DNA of 64,000 nt from a virus (IMGVR_UViG_3300020577_007133:40773-104772); one strand, 5' to 3'; shown: positions 50,901 through 61,231, counted from the stretch's first letter. Notes: generated by a model not told the origin, from the sequence alone. Numbers and translations: made by a program.

Positions 50901-53176
50901 ATACCGGGGGAACTTTCAGTGTGTTTTTCAACACTATGACGGGATTAACAGTTAATACTATATCAGCACAAACATTTTACAATCAAGGAGTTGATATTAT
51001 TAGTTCATTATATAACGTAGAATCTACCGGTACCGATGATTTTAGTGGTTTAACTAGAGTGTCAGCAACTCAGTTTAATGTTGCTCCGGTACACGGATAT
51101 ATAGTTAATAATGATTCTATTAATAAGACTATTATAGAAGTTAATTATTCTGGGATTACTAATCAAACAACACCATTTTTAAATACGGATGTTGCAACCT
51201 ATGTTTTAATAAATTCAGGTTCAACCTTAGTATTACAAAACACATATCCAACACCAACAGAAAGAAGAGATAATATATTTTTAGGTCGTATTGCTCATCC
51301 GGATAAAACAAGTATTGTAACGGCAAATAATACTTCTGATTTTATTCAGTCACCTATGTCTGTGATAAGGGATATGTTTACTCCAATTCCTTTAATTAAT
51401 TCAGGTATTGTTGTTACACCTAATGGTACTAATTTAAGTATAAATACTTCGGCAGGTTCTTTATATGGTTTAGGTATTAATTATTATTTAAACAAAAAAA
51501 ATCCGGATGTTGTTTCTATTTCAGGTAATTCACCTACGACTTTTCAATATAGAACTCAAACAGGTGGTACATTATCAAATACAACGTTAATTGACCCGAC
51601 TAACTATGATTTAAATGGTGTAATAACACCCATAGGTAGTCCTGCGAAACAAGCCACAAATCAAAGAATATATTTATTCCCTTCGGGACAAATAAGAATC
51701 CAATATGGTCAACAAAAATATTCTGATTTAACAAGTGCGGTTGCAAATGTATTAACAGAACCATTCATTACGTTTTCAAACAACAGAGATAATGCAATAC
51801 TAATCGGTATTATTTCAGTGGCGTCTGATGCTACTGATTTATCAAATCCTTTAGAGGCGTATTTCAGTAGTGTTTCAAAATTTGGTGAGTTATTAGGAGG
51901 TACGGGAGGTCTTTCAACTACTACATTACAACAAGCTTACGATAATTCAACAACACCTGAGATAGTTATAAATTCAACATTAGATGGATTATCAATTAAA
52001 AATGGAACCGGAAATGCCGATAATATAACAAACTTAATTGAAGGTATTAATTCAGGTGGTACTACAACCTCGTTTGTTCGTTCGGATGGGTTATTTTCAG
52101 GTAATTCTGTATCAACCCCGGGATTCACGGCAAACACAAATGGTGCTACGGGTGTAACTATTTCGGCATCAACATATCTAGGTTTACCAACAGATATTAG
52201 AGTTACCGGTGGAACTTATAGTGGTGATACTATAATATTTACCAATAACACCGGTGGAACTTTTAGTGTAACAGGGATTACAACAAGTTCATCATTTACC
52301 GGAGGAACTGTGTCAGGAGAGACTAACTTTACCGGTGGTTTAACCGCTAACACAATATCTGCAACAACATATCAAAATTTACCACCTATTAGTTTAGATG
52401 GGTTATCAGATGTTACTATTTCAACAGGTGTTACAACAGGTAATACTTTAATGTTTGATGGAAGTTTTTGGCAAAATGTTGACCCATTTGATTATTTTGA
52501 TGCTAAACCTGTTATATATCAAAAACATACCAACATACCAACATTTGGTGGTCTTGGTATAAATAATGTTGAAGGTGTTGGTATCATAGCAAATGGTGCA
52601 ACATTAAGAAGCTGGGCAGATACTAATTTGGTAACAAGAGGACAAAGACTTGGTATGGTTGTTTCTACGACTGGTAGTTTATCACAATTAAGACAAACTT
52701 TAAATTATATGAGTATAAATGGTGGGTTTGACATGATAACTGCTTTTAGTATGTCAGAAAATGCAACCGATACTGCTATTAGATTTTTTATAGGACTTAC
52801 AACGAATATTATTTTTACCAATGTTGAGCCTGACACTCTATTAAATATTATTGGTATCTGTAGATTATCATCCTCTAATAACTTACATTTAATCAATAAT
52901 GATAATACTGGCACAGCAACAACTTTAGATTTAGGTTCAAATTTTCCAGCCAATACAATTGATACTGATAAGTATCAATTAAATATTAAAACAATATCAG
53001 GGGGTATTTATCTCAAATTAGATAGACTTGGTACATCTTTTTATTATGAAACAATAATAACATCAGATATACCATCAAATTCAACTGGTTTAAAATTTGG
53101 AGCATATATTGTCGATACATCAGGTCCGAATGTTAGCACTGGTTTCGATTGGTATGGAACACATATAAAAATATAA
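47939..53176 (+). CDS. long tail-fibre-like protein
   Basis: 1745 aa; RRKLGMLVYV motif; many DxxVTGGT..T.TFTNNTGGTF repeats; central SYQxN beta-helix-like repeats. Confidence 0.7.
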   Translation: MSNFLEKIPVSPITSFGSPSVTNGSTIGTNFSILQVGGYMEVYSLSGLTYTIPPVTGQIEFTGNTIPIHFTKGSGSVFSPDVLTLNSDNISSGRRKLGMLVYVYETEKIYQYTIDNYETLWNNATGATGPGGPTVVISDFGTTVKNNSPEGIAFINAWTSSTISGIDGYDDTNASWRVLQTGGSGVSITGGSFNNTTDTLTLNNSTGGTITITGFTDYYTTGFTFNPSNYDLTIERNDGLPSLSVNLSILASDVTITGGTYNSSTGTVTFTNNTGGTFNVTGFLTGFTDIYVTGGTFNNSTKILTLRRSDNININISGFTDTFVTGATKSGTVATFTNNTGGTFTLTGLTDVFVTGGTYSSSTGITTFRNNTGGTFNISGYFKPSDDIYVTGGTVSHGPNEANNVLYLNRSDNNTVTIQNLVDVYEISRNDLLGVIADKAVIKGKTYKVNKCDSVLYDNGTNSESDNVYTTIYLIGVSNSKVSESGIGVFYTPKYSDISIFVELYVYTESDLVIWGGYVWKCKTSGTYNSLDTFTLDTNYWELILPFTNSNELNTEDYTIRYDDVIYDIDNDIIIYRNEENINIVSTTVENIDYWVNKKSFYNPIRAFQWGNIYTNDKGIGNQIIINSYNENINYTGDYQINFYFEGGSYLRNNFVEVGSYQRNFYFKDNSYQDDSTLTRISSQNSLFLTNNSYISKITLSQSYQDNIYLDNDSYMDSILITKGSNQTSIKLNGYSYFENIILKSDSSYQDSLCFTNNSYQSNITFGPECYQFNFNFNNGSYQNIINLQNNGKFSQQEYFDFNNGSYQSNITIDSNKQEYFTFNNGYQDNCSDNKGQSYIVIENGSQIKGFTDAQDKITIKGYNLDWGSYASIAQSGLFFIHNLPNETTTSLIGKKDNRLVEVSDLYFDGNKWVLTGNITVGGLTATTLSASTYLGLPIDIRVTGATKSGTVATFTNNTGGTFTLTGLTDTFVTGVTYINNTFTYTNNTGGTFSVFFNTMTGLTVNTISAQTFYNQGVDIISSLYNVESTGTDDFSGLTRVSATQFNVAPVHGYIVNNDSINKTIIEVNYSGITNQTTPFLNTDVATYVLINSGSTLVLQNTYPTPTERRDNIFLGRIAHPDKTSIVTANNTSDFIQSPMSVIRDMFTPIPLINSGIVVTPNGTNLSINTSAGSLYGLGINYYLNKKNPDVVSISGNSPTTFQYRTQTGGTLSNTTLIDPTNYDLNGVITPIGSPAKQATNQRIYLFPSGQIRIQYGQQKYSDLTSAVANVLTEPFITFSNNRDNAILIGIISVASDATDLSNPLEAYFSSVSKFGELLGGTGGLSTTTLQQAYDNSTTPEIVINSTLDGLSIKNGTGNADNITNLIEGINSGGTTTSFVRSDGLFSGNSVSTPGFTANTNGATGVTISASTYLGLPTDIRVTGGTYSGDTIIFTNNTGGTFSVTGITTSSSFTGGTVSGETNFTGGLTANTISATTYQNLPPISLDGLSDVTISTGVTTGNTLMFDGSFWQNVDPFDYFDAKPVIYQKHTNIPTFGGLGINNVEGVGIIANGATLRSWADTNLVTRGQRLGMVVSTTGSLSQLRQTLNYMSINGGFDMITAFSMSENATDTAIRFFIGLTTNIIFTNVEPDTLLNIIGICRLSSSNNLHLINNDNTGTATTLDLGSNFPANTIDTDKYQLNIKTISGGIYLKLDRLGTSFYYETIITSDIPSNSTGLKFGAYIVDTSGPNVSTGFDWYGTHIKI

Positions 53177-53182
53177 AAAATT

Positions 53183-53605
53183 ATGACTTATAAAATATCA
53201 AAATATGGAAATATAATTAAAGTTGATGATGGAATTATCACTTTAATTCCGATGGACGAAGGCTCATCATTATATCAAGAGTATGTTCAGTTTTTAACAG
53301 CTGGAGGTACTGTTGAACCAAGTAATTTATTTACTGAAGAAGAAGAGTTAGAATTTAACACACCTTCTGAGGTTGCTCTTTGGAAATTAAGATTTGTCTT
53401 ATCACAAATGCAACTTGCAGATTCGATAACTGATGCTATGAATCAATTACCGGAACCACAAAAAACAGCTTCGAATTACATTTGGAACTACGGTAACAGT
53501 ATTGATAGACAAAGTTCAACAATCTCTTTTATCCAAACCGCTTTAGGTCTTACAGATAATCAAGTTAATAACATATACATACAAGCAAATTCTTTAAGGT
53601 TGTAA
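53183..53605 (+). CDS. putative fibre assembly/chaperone protein
   Basis: Directly follows the fibre gene; motifs IPMDEGSSLYQEY and IWNY...IDR....LGLTD.QV..IYIQA. Confidence 0.55.
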   Translation: MTYKISKYGNIIKVDDGIITLIPMDEGSSLYQEYVQFLTAGGTVEPSNLFTEEEELEFNTPSEVALWKLRFVLSQMQLADSITDAMNQLPEPQKTASNYIWNYGNSIDRQSSTISFIQTALGLTDNQVNNIYIQANSLRL

Positions 53606-53617
53606 TATATAATAATT

Positions 53618-53821
53618 ATGATAGAAATTAAATACCCCCCAGTTACAACGTACTTTATCTCATATGAAGATAACGATACTAACCCTCATTATGGTGAGGT
53701 TAATTCGGACCAATATATGATTACTCCGAAACCTAATTTATTTTCAACTACGAATAAAGAAGAATATATTACGGAGTTATTAACTTATGGAATAACTTTA
53801 GACACAACAGATATCGTATAA
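53618..53821 (+). CDS. hypothetical protein
   Basis: 67 aa ORF coupled to the next gene. Confidence 0.6.
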   Translation: MIEIKYPPVTTYFISYEDNDTNPHYGEVNSDQYMITPKPNLFSTTNKEEYITELLTYGITLDTTDIV

Positions 53822-55830
53822 TGCAAGTAATTCAAATCACTAGTTTAACGGGGCATTCTCCTTATGATATTACAATTTGTGATATTACCAACACATATTG
53901 TTATTCCGGGGTAACCGGAGCAACAAGTGTTCCGTTAACTATTGATATACCAACAGAATTGTCGGGTACAACAGAATTATTAGTCGTTGTTACAGATTCA
54001 ATTGGTTGTCAAGAAATTCAATATCATATTTGTGATGAACCGATACCGTCTCAAACTCCAACCCCAACCCCAACAATTACACCAACAAATTTAACGTGTA
54101 ATTGTATTTCAATTGAGAACCCTTCCGGGGTTACATTAAATTTTGGGTATACTCAGTGTGATGGATTACCTTTTTATGGTCCAATATATTCCGCAACAAC
54201 ATTATATGTTTGTGGTAAAGACCCCTATGGTGATGTTGGTTTAAATATTAATATATCTACCGAGATTTGCACCGGGGATGTTTGTTTAGGTCCAACGCCT
54301 ACACCAACAACAACACCTACCCCAACGCCAACCTTACCACCGGTTGTAGGGTATTTCCAAGATACTTGTGATTTATCATACGAATTTGTATTAACCAATT
54401 TACCACCATCATTTGTTCCTACCTATGGAATTTATTACATCCAAAGTTCGGGTTATGTTGGTTGTGCGATAAGTATAACAGGGACAAGTTCTACTAATAT
54501 TTTTTCATTTGTAGCTTTAGGGTCTCAACCAAGTACTTACCATTGTCAAAAGGCTAATTTCATTTATCCTTGTCCGACATTAACACCGACTCCGAGTATT
54601 ACTCCTACAATAACACCAACCCCAACAGTTACAATGACGGTCACGCCAACAAATACTATTACACCGACACCAACAACATCCTCAATATACAATATTTTTA
54701 AAGTTAGGTCTTGTTGTGACGGTGATGAAATAATAAAATTTATGAGTTTGCCGTCATATTTTTTACCCGGAATATCGGTTGTTGATAATTCTGGTAATTG
54801 TTGGAGAATTTTATCAACCTCAACAATTACCCCAAATGAATTTTGGAATCACGGAACAACATATCTTTTTTGTGACCCTTGTATTGATGTTCAAACTTGT
54901 TCCCCAATACCTACTGTCACGCAAACAACAACTCCAACACCAACTGTAACACCTTGTGTTCCACAAATGATATATAGTGGTGAAAACTTTACTAGTATGG
55001 AACTTAGTAATGGAGCGTCTTTCAAGTCGGACGGTACAATAGTATACGTTAGCACTCATAATGGTTCACCACTTGATAATATTAGTGCTTATTCATTATC
55101 AACTCCGTGGGATGTTTCGACAATTAATTTACCAAAAATTGGAAATTCAATTGGGTTCCCATTGGGTAACCCTAGTTCGGTGATTGGTCAGTATTTTTCA
55201 CCGGATGGTCTTAACTTATTTTTTGCAAATGGTGCCCGAAACGGTGTTTTCAAATACACATTGTCGACACCGTGGGATGTTTCAACGTCTATTTATTCTC
55301 CAGGTGATTTCGTTACAGGAGCAACTTTAACAGGAGCATCATTTTTAGAATTTACCCCTGATGGTTTATTTATGTTTGTCACAGTTACAGGTAGTCTTCT
55401 TAAAAAATATAGTTTAACCACACCTTGGGTTATAAGCTCGGGGGTAGTAGAAATTCAATCAATATCTGTTGACACTACTTTTGATTTTACTTTTCAAAAT
55501 AACGGATATTACTTATTTTCTATGATTGATATTTTTGGAAGTTTAAATATTAGAAAACAGGTATTATCAACACCTTACGATTTAACTTCAATTGTTTTAA
55601 CAGAGACAAAAGATGTGACTAGTTTTATACCTAACGGTAATTTATATACGATTAGTTTTAGAGACGGTTTTAAAGGATTTATTAGTGGTTATTATTCTTC
55701 AGGACCGGCACGTACAGAAGTTTATGCTTTTAATCTTACCTGTGAGTATGATATTAATGGGTCACTAATATTACCTACACCAACACCTACCCCAACTAAC
55801 ACTTTAACACCAACACCAACACAACCATAA
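53821..55830 (+). CDS. mucin-like protein: Cys modules alternating with five Pro/Thr tracts plus a YxLSTPWDVST-repeat beta-propeller
   Basis: Repeats F..DG...Y.LSTPWD(V/L)S; ends in (TP)n. Confidence 0.75.
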   Translation: MQVIQITSLTGHSPYDITICDITNTYCYSGVTGATSVPLTIDIPTELSGTTELLVVVTDSIGCQEIQYHICDEPIPSQTPTPTPTITPTNLTCNCISIENPSGVTLNFGYTQCDGLPFYGPIYSATTLYVCGKDPYGDVGLNINISTEICTGDVCLGPTPTPTTTPTPTPTLPPVVGYFQDTCDLSYEFVLTNLPPSFVPTYGIYYIQSSGYVGCAISITGTSSTNIFSFVALGSQPSTYHCQKANFIYPCPTLTPTPSITPTITPTPTVTMTVTPTNTITPTPTTSSIYNIFKVRSCCDGDEIIKFMSLPSYFLPGISVVDNSGNCWRILSTSTITPNEFWNHGTTYLFCDPCIDVQTCSPIPTVTQTTTPTPTVTPCVPQMIYSGENFTSMELSNGASFKSDGTIVYVSTHNGSPLDNISAYSLSTPWDVSTINLPKIGNSIGFPLGNPSSVIGQYFSPDGLNLFFANGARNGVFKYTLSTPWDVSTSIYSPGDFVTGATLTGASFLEFTPDGLFMFVTVTGSLLKKYSLTTPWVISSGVVEIQSISVDTTFDFTFQNNGYYLFSMIDIFGSLNIRKQVLSTPYDLTSIVLTETKDVTSFIPNGNLYTISFRDGFKGFISGYYSSGPARTEVYAFNLTCEYDINGSLILPTPTPTPTNTLTPTPTQP

Positions 55831-55890
55831 TAATTAAATAATATTATTTATCTTTTTATTTAAAAAAAATACTACTTTTTTATTAAAACA

Positions 55891-55909
55891 AGATATTTAT
55901 ATAATATGG
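55891..55909 (+). repeat. 19-bp perfect inverted repeat, left copy (partner at 62041-62059)
   Basis: AGATATTTATATAATATGG versus CCATATTATATAAATATCT; contains the promoter motif and start codon. Confidence 0.85.
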
Positions 55910-56061
55910 GAAGAAAACAAAAATCGTTAGAAGAAAAAAAAATTAAAGTCAGTATTAGTTTAGATAGAGAATTATATTCTTTAATTAAACAAGACAAATT
56001 AATGCCGTCCCGTATTATCGAAAAATTGGTTAGAGAATATTATGGAAACAAAAATTTGTAG
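55906..56061 (+). CDS. 51 aa ribbon-helix-helix-like protein (missing from the ORF track)
   Basis: Hand translation MGRKQKSLEEKKIKVSISLDRELYSLIKQDKLMPSRIIEKLVREYYGNKNL*; overlaps the HNH start by 20 nt. Confidence 0.8.
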   Translation: MGRKQKSLEEKKIKVSISLDRELYSLIKQDKLMPSRIIEKLVREYYGNKNL

Positions 56062-56629
56062 TAAATGTAAAGTTAATAAAGATGTTTGTGAATTTCATAA
56101 AGGAAAAACTAAGGATGGATATCAATACCAATGTAAAGAATGTAAAAAAAAATATTCATTATTAAATGTTAATAAAGAAAACATACGTAAAAATACTTGG
56201 AAATTAAATAATCCTGATAAAGTAAAAAGTGCCAAACAAAAATATTATCAAAATAATAAGTTTAAAGAAATTAAACGCAACACCGAATATGGGAATAAAA
56301 GAAAAAAAATTGATAACATTTTTAAATTGTCGTGTATTGTTAGGTCAAGAATTTATGAGTTTATAAGAAAAAATAATATTAAAAAAACAAACAAAACTTT
56401 TGATATTGTTGGTTGTTCACCAAAATATCTTAAAGAACATCTTGAACAACAATTTACTGAAGGAATGTCTTGGGAATTAATGGGGAAATACATTCACATT
56501 GACCACAGAATACCTTTATCCTCAGCAAAAACTGATGAAGAAGTTTACAAACTTTGTCATTATACTAACCTTCAACCAATGTGGGCTAAAGATAATTTAA
56601 AAAAATCAAATAAAATGATGTATTTATAA
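56042..56629 (+). CDS. HNH endonuclease with N-terminal Zn ribbon
   Basis: CSKC...CKEC; GCS..LKEHLEQQF.EGMSW...HIDHRIPLS...CHYTNLQPMWAKDNLKKS. Confidence 0.88.
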   Translation: METKICSKCKVNKDVCEFHKGKTKDGYQYQCKECKKKYSLLNVNKENIRKNTWKLNNPDKVKSAKQKYYQNNKFKEIKRNTEYGNKRKKIDNIFKLSCIVRSRIYEFIRKNNIKKTNKTFDIVGCSPKYLKEHLEQQFTEGMSWELMGKYIHIDHRIPLSSAKTDEEVYKLCHYTNLQPMWAKDNLKKSNKMMYL

Positions 56630-56661
56630 AAATGTTTTTTTATTTTTTTAATAAAAAAATT

Positions 56662-57912
56662 ATGAATACTATTTTTATACAGATTGCGTCCTATCGTGAC
56701 CCCCAACTTAAACCAACTATTGATGATTGTATTAAAAACGCTAAATACCCAAACAATTTAGTATTTGGAATAACTAATCAATATCATCCTGATGATGAAT
56801 TTAATATCGATGAATATCAACAAGATGAGAGGTTTAGAATTGAAAATATCTTATATTCGGAATCCAAAGGAGCTTGTTGGGCTCGAAATTTATTACAACA
56901 AAGGTATAGTGGTGAAACCTATACACTTCAAATTGATTCTCATATGAGGTTTACACCTAATTGGGATGTTGAAATGATAAAAATGATTAAACAACTTCAA
57001 AAGAAAGGATTTAAGAAACCTTTATTAACCGGTTATGTTTCATCTTTTGACCCGGACAACGACCCGGCCGCAAGAGTTCAAGAACCTTGGAGAATGTCTT
57101 TTGATAGATTTATACCGGAATCTCCTGTATTTTTCTTACCTGAAACCATTCCGGGATGGCAACAATTGACAGAACCTGTACCAGCAAGATTTTATTCCGC
57201 ACACTTTTGTTTTACGTTAGGACAATTCTGTAAAGAGGTCCCACACGATGAGAATTATTATTTTCACGGAGAAGAAATATCTGTGGGTGTTAGAGCTTTC
57301 ACTTGGGGTTATTCTTTATTCCATCCTCATAAAGTTTTAATTTGGCACGAATATACAAGAAAAGGAAGAATTAAGTCCTGGGATGATGATAAAAAATGGG
57401 TTGATAAAAATAATTCATCACATTTAAGAAATAGAAAACTATTCTCTATGGATGGTGAAATTTATAACCCGGAAGAGTTCGGGATTTATGGTTTCGGGTC
57501 AGAAAGAACTTTAAAAGATTATGAAATATATTCAGGATTAAGATTTTCAAGAAGAGCGGTACAACAATATACTTTAGACAAATATTATCCACCTAATCCA
57601 ACAATTTATGAAACGGAAGAAGATTGGGAAAATAGTTTTGCAACCATTTTTAAACACTGTATCGATATTGGGTTTCATCAGGTCCCGGAAAAGGATTATG
57701 ATTTTTGGGTAGTTGCTTTCCACGGAGAAAATGATGAAACAATATTCAGAAAAGATGCGGATATTAATGAAATTAATATGATGATGAAGGACCCGGATGG
57801 TTATTGTAAAATTTGGAGAGAGTTTCAAACTATCCATAAACCAAAATATTGGGTTGTATGGCCTCATAGCACGTCAAAAGATTGGTGTGAGAGAATAACG
57901 GGTAATTTGTAA
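56662..57912 (+). CDS. GT60-like polypeptide/hydroxyproline alpha-GlcNAc transferase
   Basis: Motifs TIFIQIASYRD, SKGACWARN, LQIDSHMRF..NWD, FYSAHFCF, VPHD..YFHGEE and WHEY; likely start MNTIF. Confidence 0.8.
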   Translation: MNTIFIQIASYRDPQLKPTIDDCIKNAKYPNNLVFGITNQYHPDDEFNIDEYQQDERFRIENILYSESKGACWARNLLQQRYSGETYTLQIDSHMRFTPNWDVEMIKMIKQLQKKGFKKPLLTGYVSSFDPDNDPAARVQEPWRMSFDRFIPESPVFFLPETIPGWQQLTEPVPARFYSAHFCFTLGQFCKEVPHDENYYFHGEEISVGVRAFTWGYSLFHPHKVLIWHEYTRKGRIKSWDDDKKWVDKNNSSHLRNRKLFSMDGEIYNPEEFGIYGFGSERTLKDYEIYSGLRFSRRAVQQYTLDKYYPPNPTIYETEEDWENSFATIFKHCIDIGFHQVPEKDYDFWVVAFHGENDETIFRKDADINEINMMMKDPDGYCKIWREFQTIHKPKYWVVWPHSTSKDWCERITGNL

Positions 57913-57915
57913 AAT

Positions 57916-59562
57916 ATGAATATTCATAATATTAAAAAAATTGTAATCAACTTAAAACGTAGACCGGATAGATTAGAAAGTTTTGAAAAAGAAATGAACT
58001 TTATCGGTTGGGATTATGAAGTTTTTGATGCAATAGATAAAGGTGGTTATGTTGGATGTGCATTATCTCATCAAGAAATAATTAAGGAATTCGTTAACTC
58101 GGATGATGAATACATTATGATTTTGGAGGATGACTGTTTTTTTATGCCATATGCTAAAAATCAGTTAGAAAAATCATTAGGAGAATTAAAAAATACTGAA
58201 TGGGATTTTTTACATTTAGGTCCGAGTATAAACTGTCCGGTAAATAATTATTCTGAAAACTTATTAAATTTATTCGAATTACCAAAACAAGAACCACATC
58301 ATCGGGGGATATATAATACAGTTTGTTATATTACAAACAAAAAATTTGCTAAAAGAATCTTAGATTGGGTTGTTGAAAGTCAAAAAGCTATAGACCAATT
58401 TTTCTACGAAGACATATACAAAGAATTAAAATGTTTTGCAACTTCTATCCCGATAGTAACCCAAAAAAATGGTTTTTCAGATATAAATAACACAAACGAT
58501 AATAACCATTATCTAATAACTTACAATTGGAATTTATATACTGAAAATAAAATAAGTACTTTGTATTACGATATAAATTATTGTGAAAAGGAAAAAAAAT
58601 ATCCTGAACAAATCACAAAAAAAATAAATAAAAAAGTTGAAATAAAATTCCCTATTTTAGAAGTAAAATCTGAATATAGAGTAAAATTTATAACCGCCAT
58701 ATATTCAAATTTAAATGGAACTGAATTAGGTGGAAGACCAAATAGATTTGGTCATTACAGGTGGAGTTTGTTATCTATAATGAAAATGTCTGATGCTGAT
58801 TTTATTTGTTACACATCACATGAAGAATTTGAGGGTTTGGAAAAGTTTTTTTATGAAGAAAATAATGTTGATAGAAAAAAATTACAAATTGTGAAATTTA
58901 ATTTGTATGAAAATGAATTTTCTGATGTAATAAGCAAATATAAAGATGTTGAAGGAATAAAAAGAGGGGATAGATGTATTGAAATTCAGTATATGAAATT
59001 TATTTGGTTTCTTAATGAAGATAAAAGTTATGATTACTATTATTGGATTGATGCGGGTCTTTCACACTGTGGATTGATACCTAACAAATATCTCACGTTA
59101 TCCGGTCCTCATAATAGGGGTTATTATGAAAGTTCATTATTCAATAATTTATTTTTAAACAATTTAATTAAAAAAACCGGTGATAAGTTTTCAATAATTG
59201 GGAAAGAGAATGATAGAAATTTTTGGTCTGGTACTGTGAACCCAAAACATTTTTTTAACTATGATAGAACGATTCATATAATAGGTGGTATGTTTGGTGG
59301 AAGAAAAGAACTATGGGAAACAATTGTTGAATTATTCAGAGAATATGTTTATAAAGTTTCTGAAGAGGATGGAAGATTGTATCATGAAGAAGATATTATG
59401 ACACTTATGTTTAGAAACCATTCTGAGCTATTTAATGATTTTTATTTTGAAACTTGGTGGCATGAAAATGAAAGAATAGAAGGAACTAACATGGAAGAGC
59501 ATGTAAAAAATAATAAAAGTTTTTATAAGATATTAACAGAACTTAATAACATATATGAATAA
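57916..59562 (+). CDS. GT25 domain fused to an HtrL/YibB-like domain
   Basis: N-terminal VINLKRRPDRL, GCALSH, ILEDD; C-terminal ITAIY, YYWIDAGL, GGMFGG, EEDIM. Confidence 0.75.
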   Translation: MNIHNIKKIVINLKRRPDRLESFEKEMNFIGWDYEVFDAIDKGGYVGCALSHQEIIKEFVNSDDEYIMILEDDCFFMPYAKNQLEKSLGELKNTEWDFLHLGPSINCPVNNYSENLLNLFELPKQEPHHRGIYNTVCYITNKKFAKRILDWVVESQKAIDQFFYEDIYKELKCFATSIPIVTQKNGFSDINNTNDNNHYLITYNWNLYTENKISTLYYDINYCEKEKKYPEQITKKINKKVEIKFPILEVKSEYRVKFITAIYSNLNGTELGGRPNRFGHYRWSLLSIMKMSDADFICYTSHEEFEGLEKFFYEENNVDRKKLQIVKFNLYENEFSDVISKYKDVEGIKRGDRCIEIQYMKFIWFLNEDKSYDYYYWIDAGLSHCGLIPNKYLTLSGPHNRGYYESSLFNNLFLNNLIKKTGDKFSIIGKENDRNFWSGTVNPKHFFNYDRTIHIIGGMFGGRKELWETIVELFREYVYKVSEEDGRLYHEEDIMTLMFRNHSELFNDFYFETWWHENERIEGTNMEEHVKNNKSFYKILTELNNIYE

Positions 59563-61231
59563 CATAACATTAGTAACCGGATTATGGGATATAGGAAGAG
59601 AAAATTTACAAGAAGGATGGTCTCGTTCATTCCAACATTATTTAGATAAATTTCAACAACTATTACAAGTTGATGTGAATATGATTATTTTTGGAGATGA
59701 AGAATTAGAAAAATTTGTATCAGAAAATAGACGAAGTGAAAATACACAATTTGTTCGTAGAGATTTATCTTGGTTTAGGAATAATGAATTTTATGACAAA
59801 ATACAAAAAATAAGAACCAACCCTGAGTGGTATAATCAAGTTGGTTGGTTGTCAGAATCTACACAAGCTAAATTAGAGATGTATAATCCTTTGGTGATGT
59901 CCAAAGTTTATTTATTACACGATGCAAAGATTTTAGATAAGTTTGATTCAGAATATATGTTTTGGATTGATGCCGGATTAACAAATACTATTCATCCGGG
60001 GTATTTTAGCCACGATAAAGTTTTAGATAAATTACCAAAGTTAGTTAAAAACTTCCACTTTGTTTGTTTCCCATATGAAACCAACAGTGAAATCCACGGG
60101 TTCAAATATCAAGAGTTATGTGAGTTAGCCGGTAAACCGGTTAATATGGTTGCTAGAGGTGGTTTCTTTGGTGGTAAAAAAGAAGTGATTTCGGAAATCA
60201 ATACGATTTATTATGGGTTAATGAAAGATACTTTATCCCAAGGTTTAATGGGTACTGAAGAATCTTTATTTACTATTATGACTTACAAGTATCCAAATCT
60301 AATTAGTTATTCTGAAATTGAGGGTAATGGTTTGATGGGTAAATTCTTTGAAGATTTAAAGAATATGTCAGTCGAAGTTAAATCGGAAATACCAAAGGAT
60401 GTGGTTGTTAATAATTTAGACACTTCAAAGGTTGGTCTTTACGTAATTACATTTAACTCACCAAAACAATTAGAAGTTTTAATTCAATCAATGTTAGATT
60501 ATGATAAAGATTTTATTGAAAAACCAAAAAAATTCTTATTGGACAATTCAACAGATTTATCAACAACACCAAGATATCTTGAAATATGTGAACAATATGG
60601 TTTTGAACATATTAAGAAAGACAATATTGGTATTATGGGTGGTAGAGTATTTGTTGCGGAACATTTTAATGAAACCGATTTGGACTTTTATTTTTTTTGG
60701 GAAGATGATATGAATTTATATCCAAAAAAAGGTGAAGTTTGTAGAAATGGGTTTCCAAGATATGTAGATAATCTTTATCAAAAATCATTAGAGATTATTG
60801 AAAAAGATAATTTTGATTTTTTAAAATTGTCTTTTACTGAATTTTATGGTTCAAATGATATACAATTTTCGTGGTATAACGTTCCACAGGACTTCAGACA
60901 AAATAATTGGCCTAATAACCCTAAATTACCGGTTCAAGGATTAGACCCTAACGCACCAAAAACAGAATTTAAAAATATTAAGATACACAAAGGATTACCA
61001 TATGTTAATGGTGAAATATATATTTCTAATTGGCCAATAGTATTAAACAAAGAAGGTAATTACAAATGTTATCTAAAAACTAAATGGCAATTTGCATATG
61101 AGCAGACTACTATGTCTTATGTTTATCAAGAAACAGTGAAAGGAAATATTAATCCCGGATTATTATTATTATCACCAATAGAACACGACCGGTTCCATCA
61201 TTATGACGGTTCATTAAGAAAAGAATCTTAA
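59555..61231 (+). CDS. HtrL/YibB-like domain fused to a GT-A-like domain
   Basis: TLVTGLWDIGR, YNPLVMSK, FWIDAG, GGFFGG, GTEE; second domain FFWEDD. Confidence 0.7.
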   Translation: MNNITLVTGLWDIGRENLQEGWSRSFQHYLDKFQQLLQVDVNMIIFGDEELEKFVSENRRSENTQFVRRDLSWFRNNEFYDKIQKIRTNPEWYNQVGWLSESTQAKLEMYNPLVMSKVYLLHDAKILDKFDSEYMFWIDAGLTNTIHPGYFSHDKVLDKLPKLVKNFHFVCFPYETNSEIHGFKYQELCELAGKPVNMVARGGFFGGKKEVISEINTIYYGLMKDTLSQGLMGTEESLFTIMTYKYPNLISYSEIEGNGLMGKFFEDLKNMSVEVKSEIPKDVVVNNLDTSKVGLYVITFNSPKQLEVLIQSMLDYDKDFIEKPKKFLLDNSTDLSTTPRYLEICEQYGFEHIKKDNIGIMGGRVFVAEHFNETDLDFYFFWEDDMNLYPKKGEVCRNGFPRYVDNLYQKSLEIIEKDNFDFLKLSFTEFYGSNDIQFSWYNVPQDFRQNNWPNNPKLPVQGLDPNAPKTEFKNIKIHKGLPYVNGEIYISNWPIVLNKEGNYKCYLKTKWQFAYEQTTMSYVYQETVKGNINPGLLLLSPIEHDRFHHYDGSLRKES

